A stretch of 64,000 nucleotides of DNA from Chiloscyllium plagiosum (taxonomy: Eukaryota): assembly GCF_004010195.1 (NCBI RefSeq), contig NC_057750.1, positions 1,710,606 to 1,774,605 of the forward strand. Reading direction: 5' to 3'. Below are positions 13,681-26,525 of the stretch, piece after piece; within the stretch, counting starts at the first letter, position 1, and each line of letters begins with the position of its first letter. Below the pieces are notes generated by a model. The model was given only the letters and a program-made list of their open reading frames with translations. It was not told the origin of the DNA and searched no databases. The position numbers and the translations under genes are program-made.

Positions 13681-15824
13681 AAACAAGATCAAAACTTCAG
13701 AGCCAAAAGCAGAAATTGCTGGAAAAGTTCCACAGGTCTGGCAGCATCTGTGGACAGATACCAGCATTAACATTTCAGGTTCAGTGACCCCTCTCAGAAC
13801 TGAGTATTATGGGACTGAAGGAGTTAAGAGAGACAGGGTGAGTGAGGTAACGTACAGGTCGGAAAACAAGATGAGAATTGTAATGCCAAATTTTAGTTTA
13901 TTCTTTGATATAATGTGGGTGTTGCTGGCATCCCCAACCACCCCTGAACTGAGTGACTTCCCCAGGGCAGTTGAGTGTCAACCACATTGCTGGAGTCATA
14001 GTTAGACCAGACCAGGTAAAGACAGCAAATCCTCTTCCCTCAAGTGAACCAGATGAGATTTTACAACAATTGATCACACTCGCTGTCACTGAGACTCACT
14101 TTCAAATTTTAAAATCTGCTAATTAACCTAGCCAGGGATGTAATTACACACCTTCAGCTCAGGTGGGACATGAATCCAGGTCCTCCTGATCTAGCAGTAG
14201 GAACACTATCACTGTGCCACAGAGCACAGTTTTCAGTTTTTTTTATTTAAGCCTTTCTTTCCTAACCAACCTGTTCAGCAATGTGATTACATACCTGTGG
14301 AGCAGGTGTCTCCTGGCCTGGAGAAAGGGACATTGTCACTGTGCCAGAAGAGCCCAACTTGCAGTTTTTAACTTATTGAATTTAAACTTCACCAACTGTT
14401 GTAGTGGAATTTAAACTCAGGATCTCTGGATTGCTCGCCCAGTGACAATTCCATTATGTGCTGAAGACAGAGCTACACTGGACCAAGAGCCAATGTAGGG
14501 TCAGTGAACACAGGGTGATGGAAAAACAGGACTCAATGTGAATTGTTGAGGATTGGTTAACCTCTTGTTGACCAATGGCCAGTTTCCCACAACTGGAAAA
14601 GTGGGCACAGCAGAGCACGTTGGTGTTGGGCCATCTTCTGAAGAGCTGGACTGTAGACGGTCTGGCACTGCCAAGTGGAGAGCCTAGTGTGTTCGGGAGA
14701 ACAGTGAGGAAGACAACCAGGAAGGGCGAGTCTGTACGGAGTGATCAAAAGGTAGAGCAGAGGCTCCAACTCAAACTGTACTGAAGATCCAAACCTTAAG
14801 CAATCTTCACATCGTCAAGGAGTCTTATTTGGAGCTGTAGCTGTGACACCACATGAGAAAGTGAACACGTTTGTGACTGTCGGTGTTGCATTACGGCCTA
14901 TCCCTCACTTCAGACCACGTGCCCGCACAGAAAGTCTTCTGTGTGAGCGAGCATAGAGACACTGAGCTAATTACATGGCCGAGTGTTCACAATCTTCACA
15001 AGATTATCGGAACTTTTAAAAATATACCTGATGCATTTTACACTTTGAGTTTATTCTGAATTGCGCTGAAGATGAGAAATGTTCTGAGGTGTTAGAAATT
15101 GCCAGCACTTTCACACGGCAATTGTTACTTTAAATAAATCTTCCACTTTGTAAATTTTCTCTGAGCTTCAGTCTGCCCCTATCGGCATTATCGACCTCAG
15201 TAGCAGCTAGCGAGGTGCCTCTGAGGCAGCTGGCTTTGGAGAGGATGGGGTTAACTAGGTTGGTCCCTCTTAGTGATTTTCCCTCCACCTGCTGCAGCTT
15301 CTTGAGATCCTGGTCAAGTTGCTCCTGACACCAATGCACTCCTGGTGATGGTAATGGGCATAGCAGGTCAGTACCTAGAGTGCATTCACTGACCTGACCA
15401 CCGTTCATGTATTTTATGATGGAACACTGATTTATCAGCCTGAGGGAAGACTGCACATGATAAACAGCAGGAAATGTCCTTGCCCATATTTAACCTGTTG
15501 CTGTAAGATGTCATAGGGTCCAGATCCAACACTATATGAATAGTTGGGTTTAGAGGGATATGGGCCAAGTGCTGGCAAATGGGACTAGATTAGGTTAGGA
15601 TACCTGGTCATCATGGATGAGTTGGACCGAAGGGTTTATGTCTTTATAAGTACTCCTGCAGGATCATGCATTGCTGATAGCATGTGGGGGCCAATGCATG
15701 TCAGGAATGGTTATGATGGAGTCAGGGACATTCACTGTCAACCCTCAATGAGGAAGCGTTTGGTGAATTGTACACAGGGTGGGATAGACTAATTAATTTC
15801 TCAAATAAGAAAAACCGAAAGAAC

Positions 15825-16155
15825 TGGGGTGGCTCATTGGTCAGCACTGCTGCCTCACAGCACCAGGGACCCAGGTTCAACTCCTGCCTCGAGCAACTGT
15901 CTGTGTGGAGTTTGTACATTCTCCCTGTGTCAGCGTGGGTTTCCTACTGGTGCTCCGATTTCCTCTCACAATCCAAAGATGTGCAGGTTTGGTGAATTGG
16001 CCGTGCTAAATTGCCCGTAGTGTTAGGTGCATTAGTCAGGGATGAATGTAGGGGAATGGGTCTGGGTGGGTTGCTCTTTGGAGGGTGGCTCTTCGGAGGG
16101 TCGGTGTGGACTTGTTGGGCCGAAGGGCTTGTTTCCATACTGTAGGGAATCTAAT
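15825..16155 (+). mobile_element. HE1/V-SINE-like SINE (other copies 16785-17275, 48650-48900, 51398-51710)
   Basis: Same tRNA head and V-domain as the element at 2585; CR1-derived tail. Confidence 0.85.
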
Positions 16156-16164
16156 CTTCCGAAA

Positions 16165-16368
16165 AATCTCAGAACTGCAGATGCTGGAAATCGGAAACTG
16201 TTGGAAAAGCTCAGCAGGTCTGGCAGCATCTGTGGAGAGAAGTCAGAGTTAACGTTTTGGGTCTGGTGAGTAAAGGGTCACTGGACCCGAAACATTAACT
16301 CTGACTTCTCTCCACAGATGCTGCCAGACCCTGCTGAGCTTTTCCAGCAATTTGTGTTTTTGTTTCTG
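16165..16368. mobile_element. Penelope-like short element, family B, inverted pair
   Basis: GGAAAAGCTCAGCAGGTCTGGCAGCATCTGTGGAGAGAA..CAGAGTTAA followed by its reverse complement. The junction falls at a hammerhead-like GGGTC-ACTG-GACCC-GAAAC. Confidence 0.7.
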
Positions 16369-16870
16369 ATTAATTTCCTGGTGTTTAATTCTCATGACCT
16401 TCAGCCGCTGCATTACCCAGGGGCCAAATTCCAAACCAGGTTATTATCTGGGCTTCAGGAGTCAGGCCTGATCGATCGATGGCAATCGATTTGCCAATCC
16501 CATGGGGAGATACTTTGAACCCTTGTACCAATTATTCCTCCCTGCCCCGCTCCCCCTTTCTTGGGGTGGAGTTTACTTTTAATCAAAGCTTGGCCTTCAT
16601 CTGGTTCCAGCTGACCAGTTCCCAGCCCCAGTGTATCACAGCCTCTGGTGTGGTTCACCAACAATCACAACCCTTCTCATTCTGCATTCTCAATATCCTA
16701 ATGCGTCAATTCAAATTCAATGTAACTTTCACCTTTCATCAGTGGAGTTTTACGAGGCATTGCTGAGACCACATCTCGGGTGATTATCTGTGTGGAGTTT
16801 GCACATTCTCCCCGTGTCTGTGTGGGTTTTCTCCAGGTGCTCCGATTTCCTGCCACAGTCCAAAGATGTG

Positions 16871-17076
16871 CATGATTTGGAGGAGTGTTGGACTAGGGTG
16901 GACAAAGTTAAAAATCACACACCACTGGGTTATAATCCAACAGGTTTATTTGGAAGCACTAGCTTTCGGAGCACTGCTCCTTCATCTGGTAGTTGTGGAG
17001 CAGGACCACAGCTACCTGACAAAGGAGTAGTGCTCCAATCCTGTTGGACTATAACCTGGCGATGTGTGACTTTTAA
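16871..17076. mobile_element. Penelope-like short element, family C, inverted pair inserted in a SINE
   Basis: GTTAAAAATCACAC...TTTTAAC inverted arms; TSD CAAAGATGTG at 16861-16870 and 17077-17086; degenerate CTGA..AAGGAG...CTCC-GAAAGC cores. Confidence 0.75.
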
Positions 17077-19306
17077 CAAAGATGTGGCAGTTAGGGTGGG
17101 TTAGCCATGCTAGATTGCCAATAGTGTCCAAGGGTTGTGTACGTTAGGTGGGTTAGCCATGGAAGTTGCAGGGTTATTGGGACAGGGACAGCGGAGGGGG
17201 TACATCTTGGTGGAATACCCTTTGGAGGGTCAGTGTGGACTCAATGACCTGCTCCCACATTGTTGGGACTCTATGAATACAGTGTGCTGCTTTGGTCTCC
17301 TTATATAAATGCACTGGAGGTGGTCCAGTGGGGGTTTACTGGATTGATCCCTGGAAGGAGGGGGTTGTTTGATGGGGAAAGGTTGGACAGACTGGGCCTG
17401 TCCCCACTGGGGGTTACAGAGTGAGGGGGTGATCTGATTGACGTGTATCAGATCCTGAATGGTCTGGACACGGTGGATGGGGAAAGGATGGTCACTCTGG
17501 TGGGTCGGTCTGGAACTAGGGGGCACTGATTAAAAAGGCGGGGGTACCTTTCAGGGCAGAGAGGGAAGGGAATGCTATTCCCTCAGAGGGTTGTGTGACT
17601 GCCCCAGATGCGAGTGGAGGCAAGTCATTGAATATGATTAAGGCAGAGGTAAACAGATTCATGTTAGAAACCAAAGGGCGATGGGTGGAGGAGGGAATGT
17701 AAAACAAACAGATCAAGCAATGAGCTTATTGAATAGCAGGACAGGTTCAAAGGGCTGAATGGCCTGCTCCTATTTGGTATGTTCATATCACACGACTGTG
17801 ACTCTCCACTCACCCCAATCTCTTTCTCCACCTCCAACATTTATAAAGAAATCAAAATTTGCATTAACATAGCGCTTTTCACTACTTCCCAGTCACTGCA
17901 GGACTTCCTGAAGTGCGGCCCTTGTTGTAATGCAGGAAATGCAGCAGCCAATTTCCACTAAGCAAGCTCCCACAAACTGTAAGGTGGCAATGCCCCCAAT
18001 CCACTGACTGAGAGACTGAGTGTGAAATATCGGGCCCAGGACACAGGGAGGGAGTGAACCCCCTTGCGCTAGTGTCCCAGGATCCTTTAGGTCCACCAGA
18101 AATGACTCATCCCAAAAGACAGGATCTGTTGACAATGCCACGAACCCTCCATGTCACACTGGGAGCACCGGCTAAATACCAACTGAACTGAGGGAAACAA
18201 ATAAATGAAAGTGTTCCAACAACAACCTGCATTTAAGTAGCTTGCTAACAAAGTAAAACATCCCAAGGTGCTTCATAGGAGCACACATTACACAAAACAT
18301 CACACGAAGAAGGGCTTATGCCTGAAACGTCGATTCTCCTGTTCCCTGGATGCTGCCTGACCTGCTGCGCTTCTCCAGCAACACATTTTCAGCACAAAAC
18401 GTCACAGCCAAGCACATCAAACACACAGACATGGGGGGGGTTCGGTTTTCAGGAGTGTCCAAGGAAGGAGAGAGAGGGGTGGAGCTTCTCAAGGAGGGAA
18501 GTCCAGAGCCTAGGGTAGAGAGATTAAAATAAGGAATACTGGATACACTTGCTGATGTGCATTTTTGCCTCCAGCCACACATCCTTTCCCAGTGTGACAG
18601 TGCTCATGTCATCCTTCTTAACATTAGAAATAGAGGTGATGTGGGAGGCGAAAGTGAGGACTGCAGATGCTGGAGATTAGAGTCAAGAGTGTGGTGCTGG
18701 AAAAGCACAGCAGGTCAGGCAGCATCTGAGGAGCAGGAAAATTGACACTTCAGGCAAAAGTCCTTCATCAGGAATGGTGTGGTATTGAGGAATCCAATAG
18801 AATATTTAACATAACTCACTGCTCTACATGAAAAGAGCCATTCACAACCTACTGCCTTGAATATATCAGACATCAAGCAGCCCAAGGTAAGCTGGAGTCT
18901 GAGATCTTTATACACTCAGGTCATATGCCAGTGATGATGTCACCAGCACATCTTTTAAAGGTACACTGACCATGAATCACAACACAGCATCCAATGGGTC
19001 TAGTAGAATCTGTGGTGAGAGAAACAGAGTTAAGGTTCCAGTTTAGTCCAAAATATTACTCCAGCTGACTATATTGGATTTTCTGTTCCTATCTTCCAGA
19101 GTATTTTGCTTTTGGTTTAAAATTAAAGATGTTCAAGAGTCTAGAATTCAAGCAATGCAGAGATATGAGAAGGGTTATGGATAGGTGAGGTCTTAGAAGG
19201 ATTTGGAAACAAGGATGAGAGTTGAAAATGGAGATGTTACTCAGCTGGGAGCCAGTGTAGATGGGTAACCATTTGACTTCTTCCTTTTCTGAAACTGTTT
19301 TCTCAC

Positions 19307-19960
19307 AGAGTCATAGAGCTATCCAGGACAGAAACAGACCCTTCGGTCCAACTCGTCCATGCCAAACAGATATCCTAAATTAATCAAGTTCCACTTCCCA
19401 GCACTTGGCCCATATCCCTCTGAACCTTTCCTATTCATATACCCATTCAGAAGCCTTATAAATGTCGTAGTGGTACCAGCCTCCACAACTTCCTCTGGCA
19501 ACTCATTCCATGCACGTACCACCCTCTGTGTGAAAAAGTTGCCCCTTAGGTCTCTTTTAAATCTTTCCCCGTCACCCTAAACCTATGCCCTCTAGTTTTG
19601 GATTCCCCGACCCTGAGGAAATGACCTTTTTCTATTTATCCTATCCACGCCCCTCATGATTTTATAAACCTCTATAAGGTCACCCCTCAGCCTCCGACGC
19701 TCCAAGACAAACAGCCACAGCCTATTCAGCCTCTCCCTGTAGCTCAAACCCTCCAACCCTGGCAACATCCTTGTAAATCTTTTCTGAACCCTTTCAATCC
19801 TTTCTATAGCAGGGAGACCAGAAATTGAGTGCAACATTTCAAAAGTGGTCTAAACGATGTCCTGTACAGCTGCAACATGACCTTCCACCTCCTTAATTCA
19901 ATGCACTGACCAATAGAGGCAAGTGTTCTGAACACCTTGTTCACTATCTGTCTACCTGCA
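19307..19960 (-). mobile_element. CR1 LINE 3' fragment
   Basis: RVQKRFTRMLPGL, RRRLRGDLIEVYKIM and WNELPEEVVEAG motifs. Confidence 0.9.
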
Positions 19961-20188
19961 ACAACATCATCCAATTTTGATGGGGATACAAGGCAGGGAG
20001 TGTTAATATAGGCTGCATACAGTGTCAGACACATAAGGTTAGAGGGGAAAGTGAGGACTGCAGATGCTGGAGATCAGAATCAAGAGTGTGGTGCTGGAAA
20101 AGCACAACAGGTCAGGCAGCATCCAAGGAGCAGGAGAATTGACATTTCAGGCATAAGTCCTTCATCAGGAATGAGGCTTATGGGCCGG

Positions 20189-20302
20189 NNNNNNNNNNNN
20201 NNNNNNNNNNNNNNNNNNNNNNNNNNNNNNNNNNNNNNNNNNNNNNNNNNNNNNNNNNNNNNNNNNNNNNNNNNNNNNNNNNNNNNNNNNNNNNNNNNNN
20301 NN
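20189..20302. other. Assembly gap (N run) inside a Penelope-like 3' fragment (20042-20353); other gaps at 23932-23954 and 42674-42702
   Basis: Runs of n. Confidence 1.
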
Positions 20303-20914
20303 AGGCTTGGGACTGGGATAACGTGGGGGGAGGGGAAATGAGGAAACTGGTGTGCAGGGATGCTTACAGCTATAGGGCCAGTGTAAAAGGACCAGGCTAA
20401 TTGTTAATGATGGTTAACATTATCAGAGTTGGTATTACAGACAGAGGTTGTTCTGCCAGAGAGAAAGAACATGGCACAATTATTGGGCTGAATTCGTACT
20501 GAGCTCAGCGTATTGCCAGATGATGTGATATAAACTTGTTCTGTGTTCTCAGGGTAACAGGCTCCACACTTATTAAGGGTCTGTGACAGTGATGGATTCT
20601 TTCGATAGTGAGTGTGTTCTCACAGTCGCTATGTTATATTGTCTCTCACTGAGGAAGGAACTGGATTCCAGCCAAAAGCTGGCAGTCTTGTTAGAGATGC
20701 AGAAACAGCTCTAGTCTTCCTCACTGCAGTTTTCTCTCCCTTATATTGAAGGAACACTCTCCAGTATTTAAATCAAAAATTTAATTGAATCCTTCAATTA
20801 TTGAGTAGCATCCACATGACCCAAAGACGATAAGGTACTGCCACCTGATGGGCTATTGAAGTAATTACAGCTCATCCACTGTCAGTAAAAATCACAGACA
20901 TCCTCCATCAACAC

Positions 20915-22155
20915 TCACTGACTCTCACTGGGATACAGATCCTGAAGGGACTGACTCTCACTGGGATACATTTCCTGAAGGAGCTGACTCTCACTGGGAT
21001 ACATTTCCTGAAGGGGCTGACTCTCACTGGGATACAGTTCCTGAAGGGGCTGTCTCTCATTGGGATACAGATCCTGAAGGGGCTGTCTCTCACTGGGATC
21101 CACCTCCTGAAGGTGCTGACTCTCACTGGGATACAGTTCCTGAAGGAGCTGACTCTCACTGGGATAAAGTTCCTGAAGGGGCTGTCTCTCACTGGGATCC
21201 AGCTCCTGAAGGTGCTGACTCTCACTGGGATACAGTTCCTGAAGGTGCTGTCTCTCACTGGGATCCAGCTCCTGAAGGGGCTGTCTATACATTTCCTGAA
21301 GGGGCTGACTCTCACTGGGATACAGTTCCTGAAGGGGCTGACTCTCACTGGGATACAGTTCCTGAAGGTGCTGTCTCTCACTGGGATCCAGCTCCTGAAG
21401 GGGCTGTCTCTCACTGGGATACAGTTCCTGAAGGGGCTGTCTCTCACTGGGATACAGTTCCTGAAGGAGCTGACTCTCATTGGGATACAGATCCCGAAGG
21501 CGCTGACTCTCACTGGGATACAGTTCCCGAAGGGGCTGTCTCTCACTGGGATCCAGCTCCTGAAGGAGCTGACTCTCACTGGGATACAGTTCCCGAAGGG
21601 CTGTCTCTCACTGGGATACAGTTCCTGAAGGGGCTGACTCTCACTGGGATACAGATCCCGAAGGAGCTGACTCTCACTGGGATACAGTTCCCGACGGGGC
21701 TGTCTCTCACTGGGATACAGTTCCTGAAGGGGCTGACTCTCACTGGGATTTAGTTCCTGTAGGAGCTGACTCTCACCGGGATACAGTTCCTGAAAGAACT
21801 GACTCTCACTGGGATACAGTTCCCGAAGGAGCTGACTCTCACTGGGATACAGTTCCTGAAGGGGCTGACTCTCACTGGGATACAGTTCCTGAAGGAACTG
21901 ACTCTCACTGGGATACAGTTCCTGAAGGGGCTGACTCTCACTGGGATACAGTTCCTGAAGGGGCTGACTCTCACTGGGATACAGTTCCTCTGAAGGGGCT
22001 GACTCACTGGGATACAGTTCCTGAAGGGGCTGACTCACTGGGATACAGTTCCTGAAGGAGCTGACTCTTACTAGGATACAGTTTCTGAAGGGAATACAGT
22101 TCCTTAAGGGACTGGCATTTACTGGGCTATAGTTCCTGAAGGAGCTGACTCTCTC
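20915..22155. repeat. 33-bp minisatellite (CTGACTCTCACTGGGATACAGTTCCTGAAGGGG)n, ~37 units
   Basis: Tandem units visible. A unit length divisible by 3 creates the repetitive 376-aa pseudo-ORF. Confidence 0.97.
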
Positions 22156-22329
22156 TCAGTTCAAATCCTCACCATAGCTTTGAAAGAATTAGTTTCAACA
22201 ATGACTTCTACTGAGAAAGAATTGGAATCTGTTTCTCTTCCTGTTTGGCCATGAGCACATTTGTACAATTCTTAGCCAGTGGCTGTTATGTTTTCTGATT
22301 TCTTATCATTACAATCCCAGGTTGATCTC

Positions 22330-22690
22330 GTACCAAGTCTAAGGGCATAGTTTACTGGGCAGCCTTGCTGCCTACACTCCTGTGGGATTCAGGAATTTGG
22401 GTAACCGACCACAGAAACCTCAAAACGCTGGAGAGATTGCAGCATGGCAGCTTTAAAACATCCTGCAATCTGCTGACAAGGAGGACGGTCCAATCACAGT
22501 GTCCTCTCCCAAGCCAATTTGCTGTCAAAATGCTAATCCCTCGTTACCAGTTCATCAGGATGGGGCACATTGGCCGAATGCCGACTGCAGACTGCCGCAA
22601 ACAATAGTTCATCTGGGAACTCAGTCACAGCAGGAGATCCTAAGCCCAGGGAGATGTCAGGAATACTTTAAGGGCATTGCCCGAGCCTTA
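22330..22690 (+). mobile_element. Old RTE-type LINE 3' fragment
   Basis: LPTLLWDSGIWVTDHRNLKTLERL resembles the RTE/BovB motif LPTLLYGSETWT.YRRHLK.LE; followed by a GHIGRM motif. Confidence 0.6.
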
Positions 22691-23596
22691 CTGATGGGGC
22701 TATCACATGGGACAACAACCCAGAAGCCACCAGCTCCACTTGCCCCCTTTGGGAGCAGAATCTGCAGTTTGTGAACTGAACATAGCAGCCACCTTCAAAT
22801 CTCTACAAATGGAATTGAAGTGAGTCATTCTCAATCCTGAGGGATTCCCTACAAACCCAGGAGTGTGCATGGATGAGCGGGATTGTGTCAATGTGTGAGT
22901 CCATCTAAATTGAGGATAAACCTTATATCACAAAGCCCCCTGTGAGCTGCCGGCTTCCCAGTAAAGCATAACACTGGAGCTAATGAGGGGACTGTTTCTG
23001 TCAAATCACCTTCTCGATCAATTCTAGCCTTCAGCCAGAGCGGCCCTGTGTCCCCATTAGACTGACTGTCACTCAGGTACGTCCCTGAAACTCAGAGAAA
23101 CTGATTATTAAAGTTAGCAGGAGAGAAGAATTCCAGGATGTGTAAGCAGTCACCATGGCAACCAGTTTCCTTCTGCAGTGTGCAGCATGTTAACCTGTAT
23201 AAGCACGGTGATAATGACTTGCGGTTCTGTTACATCTGATGCATTGAGTTCTGTCAACCTTCCTAAAAATACTGGAAAGTCAACCCAAATTTCACAAGTT
23301 CCATGATTTCAGTAAACGTGATTATATATACGGGTATATATACATGCAGGTGTGGAATGGGTGGGTGTGTAATGGGCAACAAGTAGAGTGTAACATGTTG
23401 ATTTGTAATAGGTGAATCAGGAGCAAATGATTATATTGGTCATGTAATGAGAGTGTGTGTGTGTGTAATGGAATATGTGTAGCAGATGGGTGTATAATGT
23501 GTCAATGGCTGTGAAGCCAGATAAGCAGAGCAGATCAGACAGCATCAGAGGAGTAGGAAAGTCAACGTTTCAGGCTGAAACCTTTCGCCAGGCCTC

Positions 23597-24285
23597 ATAG
23601 TCATAGAGTCATAGAGATGTACAGACCCTTCAGTCCAACCTGTCCATGCCGACCAGATATCCCAACCCAATCCATTCGCACTTGCCAGCACCCTCCACCA
23701 CTTCCTCTGGCAGCTCATTCCATACACGTACCACCCTCTATGTGAAAAGTTGCCCTTTAGGTCTCTTTTATAGCTTTCCCCCCTCACCCTAAACCTATGC
23801 CCTCTAGTTCTGGACTCCCTGACCCCAGGGAAAAGACTTTGTCTATTTATCCTATCCATGCCCCTCATAATTTTGTAAACCTCTATAAGGTCACCCCTCA
23901 GCCTCTGACACTCCAGGGAAAACAGCCCCAGNNNNNNNNNNNNNNNNNNNNNNNTATGAACCTACACTCCAAGGTCTCTTTGTTAAGCAACACTCCCTGG
24001 GACCTTACCATTAAGTGTATAAGTCCTGCTAAGATTTGCTTTCCCAAAATGCAGCACCTCGCATTTATCTGAATTAAACTCCATCTGCCACTTCTCAGCC
24101 CATTGGCCCATCTGGTCCAGATCCTGTTGTAATCTGAGGTAACCCTCTTCGCTGTCCACTACACCTCCAATTTTGGTGTCTTCCGCAAACTCACTAACTG
24201 TACCTCTTATGCTCACATCCAAATCATTTATATAAATGACAAAAAGTAGAGGGCCCAGCACCGATCGTTGTGGCACTCCACTGGA
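23597..24285 (-). mobile_element. CR1 LINE fragment containing an assembly gap
   Basis: SGVPQRSVLGPLLFVIYINDL, FAEDTKIGG, WQMEFN motifs. Confidence 0.9.
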
Positions 24286-26084
24286 CATCGGAGCGCATTT
24301 GGGAAAGTTAACAAACAGTGAAATTCACAACTGAATTTGGAGGAAGCTGTCTGGGAGAGGTCACAGCACAGGATCAGGTAAGTTAATTGTTGTTTTCAGT
24401 GTGGCCTACAGAAAGAACTTTGATCGTTAATTTAAATTCTTTGTCCTATGATTTTGCACCACTAGCTACGTGACAAAGGAGCAGCACTCTGAAAACTTGT
24501 ACATTCAAATAAACCTGTTGGACTATCACCTGGTGTTGTGTGATTTTTAACCTCATTAAGTCAGTCATATCACCCATTTCACGTCAGCAGACCACCTGCA
24601 GGCAAGAGCTGTTTTTTTGCCAACTTTCTGTTGCAGTCAAGTGTAAATTGAATTTAAAGAAAGTTTGAGCTTGGAAGTGATAAGTTTCCAGCTTCCTCCT
24701 TTAAACACTGGTCACAGATAAAAAAGTAAGTTGTTTAACAGTGATTCATTAAGTCCTGTCTATGAAGTAACTACCTCGCTGCCTTTCATAGAATAATGTG
24801 TGATGGATAGACTTGTACTGGGTGGTAGGGGTGTGTATCAGTCACACGTGTAATGTGTAGGTTTATAACAGATGAGTGTATAATAGGGGCTATGTAATGG
24901 GTGGGTGTGTGATGTATGAGTGTAATAGGCAGGTGAGCAATGGGCTGCTGCAGGGTAAATACTGAAACGATATTTCCTCCAACCAGGAGAGTCTAGGACC
25001 AGACAGCATCGCCTCAAAATAAAGGCTGAGATAAGGAGCACTTTCTTCTCTCAGGGGATTGTGAGTCTTTGGAATTCCTTTGTTTTTACTTTCTAATCAA
25101 ACTATTCCACAATGTTACTCCACATCACTGGAGCAGGTGGGACTTGAACCCAGGTCCTCTAGGCCACAGATAGTTTAGAACTCCTTACCACAGAGAGCTG
25201 TGGGGGGAGAGTCCCTGTGTATGTTTAAGGCTGAGATGAAGAGATTCTTGATCAATCGGGGAACCAAAAGTTACAGGAAAACACAGGAAAGTGGACACAA
25301 GGAATGTTAGATCAGCCATAATCCTACTGAAAGGCAGATCAGGTTCAAAGGGCTGAATGGCCTACTCCTGTTCCTATTTCTTATGGTCTTATTACTTTAT
25401 GGTCTTATGGTGTTGTACCTTTGTGAATTTTGGAGGTGAAGTGTAGACTCAGAGTCTCTCACACCTTAGTCTGGGGTTGGTGGCAGTATTGTGCTTCTGG
25501 CCAGGAAGCGATTTCACTCAGACTGTATTCTACCCACTCGGAAACTCCACAGGGATGCAGGAAGATCAATGTTGCTGATTCCTGTCTGCACAAATGACAC
25601 CTGTAAGGCAGACAACTGGAAGAAGGATAGGATGAGATGAAGAAGGGTGTGAGAAGACCAGTGTGGAGCAGAAACTCCAGCACGATAGATATGGGCCGAA
25701 TGGCCTGTTTCTGTGCTCTGAATTCTACATAGTGACTCTATTGTAGTGAGTGTGAGAAGCAGCAAGCAAAATAGCATGTACGAGAGGAAATAAAACAAAG
25801 ATTATTTGAAAGCTCATTAAATTAATCAAGAAAGTCTCATTTGCCTTTTTACCCCATCTGCACACATCCTTTAAGGCTTCCCCAGTCAGCTAGTAATTGT
25901 TTGAGTGTTCTCTATCTCTTAGTTCTGCTACAAGAGGGACTGAGTGTGACAGAGGGAAAAAGAAAAATAACTTCTTACTTTATCCTTCCCTGGGATGTGG
26001 ATGACACTGGCAAGACCAGCATTTGTTTCCTGTCCCTAACTGCCCCTTGAACTGAATCCCTTGCTCGGCCATTTCAAAGAGCAG

Positions 26085-26525
26085 TTAAGATTCATAGAGC
26101 CAGAGAGATGTACAGCACAGAAACAGGCCCTTCGGTCCAACTCGTCCATGCTGACCAGCTATCCTAACATAATCTAGTCCTATTTGCCAGCACTTCGCCC
26201 ATATCACTCTAAATCCTTTTCCATCCATGTCCCCAACCAGATGCCTCTTAAATGCTGTAATTGTACCAGCCTCCACCACTTCCTCTGGCAGCTCATTCCA
26301 TACACGTACCACCCTCTGGGTGAAAACGTTGCCCCTTCGATCCCTTTTAAATCTTTCCTCGCTCACCTTAAACTTATGCTCCTCTAGTTCCAGATCCCCC
26401 ATCCCAAGGAAAAGACCCTGGCTATTTACCCTATTCATTTCCCCCCCCATGATTTTATAAACCTCTACAAGGTCACCCCTCAGCCTCTGACCCTCCAGGG
26501 AAAACAGTTTCAGCCTATTCAGCCT
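26085..26525 (-). mobile_element. CR1 LINE 3' fragment inserted in a SINE
   Basis: FTQRVVRVWNELPEEVVEAG motif; flanks rejoin as a SacSINE-like element. Confidence 0.85.

Noticed and set aside
9014..15456. Minus-strand ORFs 9014-9202, 11902-12135, 14557-14769 and 15130-15456 as exons of a second gene, including a U12-like CTCCTTGAC at ~14814
   Set aside because: Donor sites are weak and phases are inconsistent. Three of the peptides resemble decayed LINE ORF2 motifs (LQQVEGKSLRGTNLVNPIL, LCPLFQLWETG, QLEASQSGF). No partner U12 donor was found.
20908..22038. 376-aa repetitive ORF, or a CRISPR-like array
   Set aside because: It is a head-to-tail 33-bp minisatellite with no unique spacers, frames drift at indels, and the context is vertebrate.
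23178..23245. Possible C/D box snoRNA (terminal TGCA, CTGA D box)
   Set aside because: No convincing RTGATGA C box at the right position and no host intron identified.
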